Assembly (NCBI RefSeq): GCF_008831285.2
Contig: NC_045138.2
Span: 4,774,001-4,838,000, forward strand
DNA from: Nymphaea colorata
Lineage: Eukaryota
Direction: 5' to 3'
Length of the DNA: 64,000 nt
Of this stretch, positions 40,183-52,116 are shown in pieces. The notes beneath the pieces were generated by a model. The model did no database searches. It worked only from the letters and a program-made list of their open reading frames with translations, and was not told the DNA's origin. Every line of letters starts with the position of its first letter. The stretch's first letter is position 1. The translations under genes were made by a program, and so were the position numbers.

Positions 40183-41196
40183 ATTATAAAAAACAGAATA
40201 CATATATATAAAATATATGAACATGCACTTATGTGATTATAATTAGATCGTGACTACTGGAGATTATGGAACTTCCTAATACGATAAAGACAGATGCATT
40301 TATTATGGTCCATTTATATGCTTAAAAGAGACATTTGAACAATTTCTTCTAATAAAAGGAGATTCAGATTAAGCTGAAAAATCTGTAGAAACTTAAGAAC
40401 ATTCATTGTGTATATATCACCGCTCAATAAAATGCAATTGGCTGGTTACAAGTAAACACAAAGGCTTTGAAATAATTTGATTTAAAAAATAGTATGGTAC
40501 TTATCTTCTTAATTCGACAGACACTTCCTTTTGAATAGACGATTTCCATAACTATTGGACTAAAATAATTAACTGTCAAATAGTCGAGATGAGTTCATAC
40601 AAGTGTTCTTGCATATGACTTGCTTTAATATGAGGAATGCGGACTAACCAGGGAGAGCATGAAGCGCTCGCTAGCTATATCTTTTATTACCTTGATCTAA
40701 AACACATAACTACTCGCATGTGATTTTGTACATGACTTCAAAGGATTCAACACTTGAATTATTCAGTTATTTTACAAAGTTTTCTAAAACATGAACAACA
40801 CTAGTAAAATTTTCACTAACAACAAAAGTTCAAAACTCATATTTTTTCACAAAAAATTGATCCAACAGCTAATTGGTGAAATAAAAAATAATGAAATACC
40901 ATGTCTACTTACGGTCTACATGATTGCCTGCGGCGTGCACTTATTTTGATTTCTAGCTGTGTTTTCACACGACGTGTGTGTCTGTGCAAAGACCATTCCA
41001 AGTGCATGGGATATGTGTATCCATTTGTGTGTGTGAAAGAGAGAGAGGGAGAAAGAGAGAGATCATACATCCCAAAGAAATCACATAAAGCTAGGTTTTC
41101 ATGACTTACCACATACATGATCGTCACCTGAACCATTCTTAATTAATTCCAACCGCGTTATGCTAGGAAGGGCCAGGAGAAAAGAAAGAACAGGAG

Positions 41197-41231
<35 letters not shown>

Positions 41232-41302
41232 ATTGTGATGCAAGAGATATACATAAGAGACTTCTGTGGAAATGGAGAAACCTTGAGTGAGTGAGCGAGT
41301 GT

Positions 41303-41354
<52 letters not shown>

Positions 41355-42791
41355 ATGTGCATATTGTGCTAATTATGCAACATACAATTTGGAAGTTATT
41401 AAGGATGCATAAATCCCAAAGAACTATATTATTTATGCAGACATTATTTCACAAAATTGCCAATCAAGGAGAGAGTATATTCCAAAAAGCATACTTCGAT
41501 TGATAATGAACATGACAATCAAGGGTTAGTCGAATTTTGTTAGTTTTCCAACCAAATATGGGAGAAGGACCATGGAGTAGGAGCCTCCGATCGGTCTCAT
41601 AGTGCACCAAAGGTTCTCACGTTACAGTGCTCCAAAGCTTTCATTTGTTCTCCATTTTTATTTGATGGTGAAAGTAAATATTTCTCCAAATGTTGAAACT
41701 GAAGTAATTATATTTTTCCGCAGAAAATTAGGGGCATAATCAGCCTCCATCAACTGGATCAAGTTATCATCTTCTATCAGCATGAATTTCTAATATATCT
41801 ACTTAAAAAATGTAAAATATAGGTTTCACTACATAAGGGGTCCGTGTGACTAAATTCATCTATGAAAATAAAATGTGCTAAACTTTTAGAGGACCATGGT
41901 CATCTCTGCAATCATTTCAGTGAGAGATCTGTATGGTACTCATAAGTAGCTGATATGCACCAACATTGATAACAATATCGTAAAAAGGACTTTGGGATGT
42001 GAGAGCATGGATATAGGAATATAATTGAGATCGGGTATATATAGTTGTTGCCATATCTTATTAATTAGATATTGCTTAATCTGTTTAATATTGACCACAT
42101 TCAAATAGGAATACAAAAACTACAAGACCATATTCTGATCATTTTTACATGTACTGACGTACTCATCTATTGAATCGGATATCCATCTTATTCCAGTAAG
42201 AAAAACCCTATATTATATTCCCAAGTTCACTGATATGGATTTTCGTATCAGATCAGACTCCAATTGAGATTCAAATTGAATGTCAAGTTATATGTATCTT
42301 AGCCATTCACATCCCTAGACAGCAGAGGGACATGAAAGGTACTTATCATTCACCAATTGGTGTCAGGATTGTGTCAAGTGCATCACTAATGGTCTCATCT
42401 AAAGTTAAATAATGTGTCAAGAAACTTAATAGCATAATCCATGCATGAATTGATGACCAAAAAGAAGGATGATGCTAATGACGAGGGACAGGCATGTAGT
42501 ATGTCACTATGTGCCACCAATGCATCATGAAGGTGCCATAGACATGTTAATATTTTCTTACATCATTTTTTCATTATTTTTTCCTTATTTTTCTTTTGTT
42601 AGAGGTTTTAGCTTTTATATGTGACTTCATTGTTGTAGGCTTTTGTTTTCAACTAATAGATTTATGCCTTGGAGAGAGGAATGTGGAGTTCACGCTTGTC
42701 CTACCATATATATATATTTGTTATCTCACCATGGAAGCAAAGTAGCTCTTCTGTAGGTCCATTCGGACACGTGTCTATGCATGTGTCTGTG

Positions 42792-42856
<65 letters not shown>

Positions 42857-43409
42857 CGCAACATCCTATAGCTATTGCCAATATCCATATTCCAAACAAC
42901 TTCTTTTCCTTAATATTTTTTTATAGATCAAAATTGTACATATTTGTTAAGCATCGGACTTTAAAATTTAATTTGCTTTTTGAAGTTTGAGACTCATTGA
43001 TGTTCAATATTTTAAAATAGGTAAAAACCATCATCAATAATGCATAAATAGTGTTACTGAAACTAAGACATTACTTGTGCTACTGAGTGTCTATGTCCTG
43101 CATTACTGATTTTTTGTCTCCTTCTGTGTCACTAATTGCCCCATAAACCAATCCTGGCCAAAATTAATAAATGATATACTCATTAATTTTAAACTGCAAC
43201 CTGTGTCAAACATCAAAACCTTAGCAGTAACAGCAAGTTGAACAATTTGGACCATTGTTCACACAAGGAGAAGAGTACTGACAGAAACATGAAGACTAAC
43301 ATGTTACAATTTGTTGGTGTGCATACCACACGTGAATAAATGTGTATGGGCAAGCAAGGTCTATTTGAACTTATAAACTAGCATTATACGGAAGGCAAGC
43401 TTCTGTATG

Positions 43410-46400
43410 ATAATTAAGTTGCCTGTTTTACAACAAATTCTTTGTCATCCACTTTCGGTAAGAAGCTGGTAGGAAAGTGCATAAAATGACATCATCTTCA
43501 GCGTCAAGATAGCTACATGTGACAAGCGACTGAAATTATAAAAACTTCAGAAATAAAGTCAAAGATTTCTCTCTCTCTCTCTCCCCCCACTTTTTCTGTT
43601 ATATTCTTCTTCTCCTTGCAAGAAAGCATAACATGAATCACGAATAAACATGCTCTGAAATAACAAGTCCTGCTCTTATAGTTTCACATATGATTTTTAA
43701 ACAATATATGTTAGCCAATAAAATATCACACCAAAGTTTTGACAGCTAAATAAGAAGAAAAGTATAACCATGTTTTTCTTTTTTTACTTACCAAAAGCTC
43801 CATCTGCCTGTCCACCTCCCCCATTGTCCAAGTACCTGAGCATGCTTTAAAAATTTTCCTAATCACATGAATGAGACTCAAAAGCATAATTGTATGTACC
43901 TTCAAAATAGGTGACGACGACCTGCACATTTGTGAATTTTGATGACAGCCCACAATTAAAGAAAAAGAGGGAAAATTTAGGCAATGTAAAAATATAATAT
44001 GCATCTCACAAGAAAATACAACATAGATAGTTGCTGCCTAGACATACGCTAGCATACAAGACATGTTACAAAAATGAATTCATATAATACAGAAAAACTA
44101 TGCCTTTCACTTGCCCCAGTTGATAATATTATTAAAAGGCTAGAAAAAATGATGTGGTTTACTTGGCCCAATCGGTAAAATCATTACTTTAATACCTTGC
44201 AACACAAACTGCTAAGTTAGGCAGGACAACAACAAAAAGGAATCTAATTGGAGTCTTGTGTATATGAATTTAGGTAGGCATTGTCTTCCTCAACAACACT
44301 CTTTACAAGAGTAATGACTGTGTTCATAAGTTACAATATTCAACATTGTGGACATTGTAGCAGAAGAACAACCAAGAACAAAAGGTACCAGTGTGTTTTT
44401 CATAATGAAATCCCAAGAAACAATAAAGCTCTAAACCATGAAAAGAACAGTATTTCATTTAACAGAAATCTCTCTCCATTTTTGCAACCAAATTGAATAC
44501 AGGTATCTATGTTTCTCTAATAAGACCCAAGGTAAGACTTGAACCATGAAAAATATGGTTATTAGCCCAAACTTTATTGGCAATAAATGTTGCATGCCTC
44601 CATTCACATCAGATAAAATGACAGTCATTACAATGGGGCCTATCAACTACTCTGTACCTGTACAATGTAACCTTGTAAATTGGACATAAATTATTGAATT
44701 GAAAATATCTACCTACCAGCTAGGTGCTTCATTGCTATCATCTTTCGAGGAATGGGCTATGGTACATCTAGTTCATTTTCATTGATTAACATGCTTACCT
44801 TATGATTTTCTAAAACCAAATATTGATTAGGTCTGCTGGTGATTCAAACAACCTTGGCCTGATCATCAGATTGGATTTGAACAGCCTGCTTTGGTCAAGA
44901 ATTTGAACTTAGCCATATAATAACTTACTGAACTTCCTATCATTGAGAGATGCAAGGTCCTTCCTTGGTACTTTCTGCATCTCTTTGATGCCTGTGGATT
45001 CAACTGCCTTCTTTTAGACTTGTAATGCCACATGCTTTTAGCTGAAAGGAGAAATGTAGCAGTGAACATTGGACAATATCTAAATTGACAAGTAAAGCTT
45101 ATTGATAGTCGATATGTGGAAGCAAAAAATGTATACAACATGATAATATTATCTTCTGTTTTCAATAATCTGTATGAAAGAAATGTGATCTAAATGCTAA
45201 AAGCACAAAAGTTCCAACATATTATGCTATGCTGGATAACTTGTTAATCTAGTCAACTGTACTGCTGGCTGAAGAGAAGTGGTCTTACTTCAGAAAAGCT
45301 TGTTGCTGCTAGGTGATCATCAATTGTTGTTGTATGCATAAAAATCAAATCTGGTATTGTTAGCAGACAAATGAAACATGGAAAATAAAGGCAACTTGTT
45401 CTAGGAATCTATAGCATGAGAAGTATTGAGAAAATTGGACTGGGAACCAGCAAAATTTCATATCAACTTGCATGGAAATGGCTCATGAAAATGTTATATA
45501 ATCCACATCCTGGATATAGCCGTGACATTCCTAAGAGGTATGGTGTCTCAAACAAACCATGAAGGCATGAAGTAATTCATATAGTGGCATAGTGAAATTG
45601 AATTGGCATTGGCAACAATATCATGTAAAATTAGTTATTTACACCATTAGCTTCCAACTTCAGTGAACAGCAATATGGTTACAAGTTACAACCCATAAAG
45701 TCTTCATGAATGTCAATTTCTCAAAAACTCACTGCAGGATAACTTGTGCTTGTTAATGCATTTGAGATTGGTGGATATAAATGGTAAGAGCTCTTGCATA
45801 CTTTTCTTTCCAAGTTTCCGTGGTTGTCTTATTGCATTTACCTTATATGCCTGCTAAGATAGTTAAATACCTAGACCTGATAATTCTGAAAAATACTATA
45901 GGCACATTGGTCTATCCACAAGGTTGCGATGTAACAATCTTTCTGTTACTTTGTGTTGCTAAATATGACAAAATTCTTTCTAGGTGATGAATATGATATT
46001 AAACATTATGCTGTGTACCATTGATGGCCCGACAACAAAGCTGCTCAATTATAATTATGAGTATCATTGGAAGACACTGAGATTTTTCTGCTAATACAGA
46101 AAAACTTTGGCAAGCATATCAAGCTATCATGTTGGATTCCCATTGCTTCCTTCCATGAGAGAGGAAAGAAATCCACAAAAAATCTTTATGGGCTGCATTA
46201 AGCAATAGTTATGCATTTGACTTTTCAACTGCATTGCCATGGTTAATTTTTTACCTTAAGTCAAGAATAAATTTGGAGAAATACACCAAATATTTGGCAC
46301 TAAAATTCATGGTTCTGCATGAAAATAGATTATGCCTGAAAGCACATTTATAAATATCAAAGAAGATTTATGAGAATAAAGTTAAACAATTTTTTGGAAG

Positions 46401-47400
46401 CAAAAAAGTAAAAAATCTCAGGTTCTGAAATCTCACTTAAAATGGCGACACAAAAGCTCTCAATTAATTCTTTTTTCAGATAAAAAAGCAATCCCAACTT
46501 CCGTTTCCAGAAAAAATGGTGTCCAAGGGCTCATTAATTTTTTTTTTCTTTTTTCGTATGAATTCTTCATTTAAATTGGACATGGACCTGATCTGAGTCG
46601 AAGTTAGGTCCATATTGTCATCGAGTTGGTCATCGGAAACCATCTTAGGAGACATGACAAGCAGATATCTTCCACCAAATCAAAGAAATGGAGAGCCGTA
46701 AAAATTTTTGACAGGGGAAGAAAGAATTGCTGCAGAAGAAGATACTTGAACACAATCAACCTAGCATGCCATCTCGGTCTATGCATTCATTTCTATCACA
46801 AAACCTCACTGGAATTCGTGAAGATAAAGATACAACAAGCTCCAGCTTCAACTTGTATGAATGATCAAACGGCCTATAGGCAGCCATATTCAGCCAGTGG
46901 TGAAGGAAGGAACTTTAGAAGTGATACGAGTGAGGAACGAGAACAAACTGAGGAAATGGTCTTCCGTAAAATCGATCATCCACACAATGTTTTAATATTA
47001 ACAATTCATAACGGTGGCGACGTGGATGGAGCTCCTGTCAGGGCGACTGAGGTAAGCAGACCAGAATCGGGAATCGGTTCCTCCTTTCAAGGGGCAAATA
47101 ACGGCCGCTCACTCAACAACAAAAGCACAAGGAGAACGGAAACCCTTGATCGCCCTGCTCCGAAAGACCCCAAGGGGAATGGAGTACCACGAAAACGAAA
47201 CAGCCGGATGGAGAGGTAGACGAGAACGATTACCATTGTCGTCACCAGATGAACTTCCGCCCCTGGAGCTTCACTATTTCCGGTGATTTGGGAACTAACT
47301 AAAGTTTCTTCTGCGAAACGGAGAAATGGGAATTCTCCGACGACGGAGATTTGGGGAACCATAAAAAAAAAATGGGAACGCGCGAAAAGGAGAAGGGGTT
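43410..47400 (-). other. Putative multi-exon transcription unit (lncRNA or decayed gene), product unknown
   Basis: GC-richer 5' region at ~47230-47450 and a run of canonical minus-strand acceptor/donor pairs (see findings). No continuous recognisable ORF. Confidence 0.4.
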
Positions 47401-47921
47401 TTCTCTAACGCAACCGTGTGCCGCGTCATACATATCGCCTTGGGTTCCCGGTTGAAAATTTGTTAACTATGTATTTAATATTTAATAAAAAAAAACATCC
47501 CTTTATTTATATTTATATATATATATATATATATAAATATATAAAAGATTACTAGTAATAAGTTGGCTGCTGGATATTGCTAAGATGATAAATTAATGTT
47601 TAACTGTCACTAGAAATAGTATGCTACAAGAGCATTAACAATGGTTTATTGTGTCGATGTATTTTTAACAATAGTTTATGATGCTTTTACTAACAGACTT
47701 TAAAAGTTTAACCATAGACGTTGCCAGCTAAATTATTTCAAATTTTTCATAAAAAAGATTTGCTGTTTTAATGCAACAATTTCAAAAAAGCATTTTTGCT
47801 CATGTTTACATTCATTCATTTAAAACCCTTCTCACGAAAGTAATTCTTTTCAAGATCATGACATATCGTTTTTAGTTTTCTGAACATCCAAGAAAGACAC
47901 ATTGAATCAGTTTGTTTGAAC

Positions 47922-48338
47922 CATAATCACAAAAAAATATGTTTTTTTAACACAAAAAAGTGCAATAAATTAAATTAAATTGCCATTTAAAACTAAAAAA
48001 ATGTGTTTTTTTGAAAAAAAGTTAAAAATGAAAAAAACACGGTTTTAATGTGTTTTTAACGTGATTCCTCTCTTTTTTTCACTTCGTCATTTTTGCATTT
48101 TTTTAATGCCAAACAGTTTTTTTTATTTTTTATTTTTTATTTGTTGAAAATCTACTTATCTTTTGATGTTTGTGGTATTAGTTTCTCACTTATTTTATTT
48201 TTCATCAATTTTTAGTTTTTTTAATTTTTAAAAGGTTACCATATTTTTCCTATATTTATTTCATTTTTTTAAGTTCGTCGTATTATACTCGAGAAAATCC
48301 TCGCCATTTAAAACTACGAAATGTTGTTTGTGACTATG
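47922..48338. mobile_element. MITE, relative of the 1496-1913 family
   Basis: TIRs CATAATCACAAA / TTTGTGACTATG; colinear with 9501-9862. Confidence 0.65.
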
Positions 48339-48724
48339 GGTGTTGAACATACTTATAAATGATACAATACATGTCTTTCTTGTGATTTTAGTCTGATTAT
48401 TTGATTTTTGCTTTGTATAAGAAAAATTACCACATTTACATCAGGTTAGGGTGAAAACCAGACATTTAGGACCATTTGGGGTGAATCTAGTGAAAACCAG
48501 ATCTCAAGCCAAATAAAGACCCATATGTTGGCCAAAGAGATCCATTGACCTGTTCAATATATATGGTTCCACGACCCAATTAACCTAGTTATATGAATTC
48601 GACTTGATTAAACTTAAGTAAACTTGTTTAATCTGTGTGTGTGTGTGTTTTTTTTTTTTTTGTAATTTTCAAACTCAAAATGGAAGAGAGGGATTAGGTT
48701 AAATAGGGATTTTGGTAAATGAAC

Positions 48725-48863
48725 TTAAATGAGTCGAGCTTGAGCCGTGACTCGGTCTATCAAGCCAACCTCGAGTTGACCTTGTACAGCTTGACTTGAG
48801 CTCAAGCCGAGCAAGGTCTGGTCGAGTCTAGTTTGAGCTAGACTTGGTTCATGTACAACTCTA
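48725..48863. mobile_element. Right-end remnant of the CTCGAG-rich hAT MITE family
   Basis: gagtcgagcttgagcc...catgtacaactcta resembles the right end of 39118-39580. Confidence 0.45.
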
Positions 48864-49356
48864 CGGCTAATTCTTTTGATTCCAAACACAAAGTGTTTAG
48901 TGGCTTTTGAGAAAGTCACGGATGTCGACTTTATTATGGGATTTGACAAATTTCGAAACTCTAAAATGCACACTATAAAAGCCCCACAGTCACCCATGTT
49001 TTACTGTTTATGTCTCTTAAATTTCATTTTACCTGTTTATGTTCCTTAAATTTCATTTTACCCCTCTGCTTCTCGAGTTGTGCTCTCCTTTTCATCATGA
49101 TTCAACCTCTGATGCATGTAGGTAGATGGGTTTTAGCTTCAGATTCGAGTATTGTTTTAGGGCCGGCAAATTTATTTATTTTTCATTTTTTGTGCTAAAT
49201 TTATGGGCAAATTTCTCTTGGTAATTAGATTAGTGGAACATGTTATATCCGTGTCCAAGAAAATACTTTAATTGCTCGTCAGATGACTTTTAACTTATTA
49301 GAGGCTAACTTACATGAGTTTTGGTACGTGTAGACACAGGTATGGTGGTAGGAAGT

Positions 49357-49388
<32 letters not shown>

Positions 49389-49575
49389 CGTTTTGGTTGT
49401 ACGTAGATGGATGGTTGATAGAAAGTTAAGAAGAAAAAATTATTAATTAATGTTAAAAAACTAAAATGTCATGTTGCATTTTTCTACTTGATTTTTGGTA
49501 AGTTATCCGTGTTGAAAGGATCAACAGTCAGATTGCTCATGGATCTCATATCTAAAGGTGTCATACTTACCAATT

Positions 49576-49858
<283 letters not shown>

Positions 49859-50949
49859 CCATTTATTGAAGGTTTTTGCCTTTTTGACAACCTCAAACCA
49901 GCCTCGTCCATGACCACCCTCTCTCTCTTTGATGCTATGAAGGTGGTCGATCGGGCCATAATATATAATCTGCTTCCCTTAACCCTTAATTAAGTACTTG
50001 GGGTATTCTTATTTTTCTGGGTTAGAAGGTATTGTGTATGGTTAGTTCCCTTGTCTCCATAGCTGAACATGGTATCAATGCTTGGTTTTCCAAATCACTG
50101 TCTTTGCCTGGTAGAGTTATATTAGTAAATTATGTTTAATGGAGTGAATTTAGGCAGACAGAAACAGTTGACTTTGTTGCTTTGAAGGAAGATAGTGTTA
50201 GCTATGCTTTGGTTAAAAATTTGAAACTCTCCTGCAACTTTTTGCTATATATATATATTTATAATGTGGATCGAGGATATTGGTTTGAAACTGCCCCAAT
50301 AATGAAGATTTGACATGGATGTTCTAAGATGAGTGCAGTGTTAGGAATGAGGTTCTCTCACACTCTCTTAATGCATCAAGAGAATAGAAATTACAAGAAG
50401 AAAAAAAAAATACAAAAGATTTATGTGGTTTGGAGACAATGCTCTCATGTCAATCCTCCAAGCGCCTATTTACTTCCATACAAAATCTGGGTGGGGGTAG
50501 ACTGCCCTTAAGAGGAAGTTTTCAGTCGAAGCCAGTTGTCGACTATATGTCATTAAGCAAGGTAGCCGACCATCGCGCTGCTCGATGATGAGCTTTCACT
50601 TGCTCGACCCCGCGTGACTTTAAGTGGATATAGACGTAGCATATGTGTCCACGGGAGAAATTGCCCCTAACCCACGTGCACTCCTGTGTACATCCAAACA
50701 CTACACATAGGAAACTTTACCGATTCTTCAATGACGAACTTATACGTTTTAAAGGGACTGATGACCATGATGCCCTTATATACATTGTATTTGTACCACC
50801 GCGTTGCACATTCTAAGTGCATCGCTTTCCACTTGACTCAGTGTCTCATTGGATCCCACATGCTTCATGAGCAATGCCCAGCCAAGCAACAACTTATACT
50901 ACCGGTATGTTTATGGCTGCCACATAGAATAGTTTTCACGATCATAAGT

Positions 50950-51320
50950 GACATCTGCAGATATTTGAAAAGCCTATCAAGTATAGATCAAGATCCACAC
51001 TCCAACATGCAGAAGGCTCTTGAGGTGTTTGGAAGTATCAAGAGGATGCTGTGGATCCACTGAAGGGGATCAAATTGGAGTTCTTTGCAAAAGGAAGTAT
51101 CCAAGTTTAGTGTTGCTAACTTGATATGGTCCTTTAGACATGTCAGGGCATCGATTATCATGAGACCCAGTGCTTGGCTATAAGCTTTGGGTAATTCAAA
51201 GAGAAAAACAAAGGTACAATCTTAGCTACAAATTGTCGTTTCTGCAAGAGAAATGAAGAGACTAATCCATGTTTGTAACTTGCTATGTGATGAAAATGGT
51301 GTGGAAGAGGAAATGCTCAT
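50950..51320 (+). mobile_element. Possible degenerate LINE ORF2 3' end (zf-RVT-like)
   Basis: NLIWSF... followed by CRFCKRNEET, resembling the CxxCxxxxE(T/S)xxH zinc motif of plant L1 reverse transcriptases; interrupted by stops. Confidence 0.35.
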
Positions 51321-51369
51321 GTTTTCCATGTAAGGTGGATTCATCAGAATGCCATGTAAAAAACTTTTA

Positions 51370-51641
51370 GGGAGTGTTTGATAGTCTCATATTAGAGATT
51401 CATAGGATTTGAGAACCGTGAATTTAAAATCAAACCTGTGTCTCCCTTCCGATTTTGAACCGATCTTTTCTCAATGCAAAGAAATAAAATAAGGATTTTA
51501 ATTGTACATCTTAGGTCCAACCCAAGATCTTTACTTCAATGAACCATGGATTTTATTATGGATCTTTTGCTACATCGGCAAAAGCATGCCATGTCATATC
51601 CACATCAGATAGATTTCAAGTTCGGAGTAATCAAATGCCCC
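51370..51641. mobile_element. Tourist-like (PIF/Harbinger) MITE
   Basis: TIRs GGGAGTGTTTGAT / ATCAAATGCCCC and TTA TSD on both sides; ~480 bp upstream of the HDA14 ATG. Confidence 0.7.
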
Positions 51642-52116
51642 TTAGAGCTTGAAATAATCATTAAACTGCTCTTCCATGGTGCTGATATACTAGCTCATTG
51701 ATGAAGTAAATAGCATATGTAAGCGTGTAATTGAAGGTCTCCTACTATGTTTTCGACATAAGTTGTCTGGAGCTGCCAAACTCCCAAAAGAAGAAAAAGA
51801 AATCTAATCTGCAGAGGCTTATCAGTGAAACTTCTGTTTTATTGAATAAAAAACTGTTCGATCGTCTTCATATTCGATTAAGTGGTATGTTTTGAGAACC
51901 CCAATAAATTGTGTGGTTTTTCTATACCTTCCTCTGCCTTGGTAAGATAGAAGTATAGGACCAGCCGAACGTGCTCACTGGACCTAGATGACCCGCTGAG
52001 CCTGACGGCCCTCTCTGCTCCAAACGAGAGGCAGAGGCTCCCCAAATTTCCATGACCATTGATTCAAGAAGAGTTCAACCACAGGCCATCGCCGTCGATA
52101 AGAGCTCCGAAGGATT

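Noticed and set aside
43801..43820. 12-nt match (CTGTCCACCTCC) to the 3' half of miR394
   Set aside because: The seed half does not match and no hairpin partner is visible; probably chance.
45984..46080. GTGATGA...CTGA box C/D-like pair
   Set aside because: No terminal stem or recognisable rRNA antisense element; such pairs are frequent by chance.
46626..47219. 197-codon plus-strand ORF
   Set aside because: Non-ATG start and no domain; splice signals indicate the opposite strand is the transcribed one.
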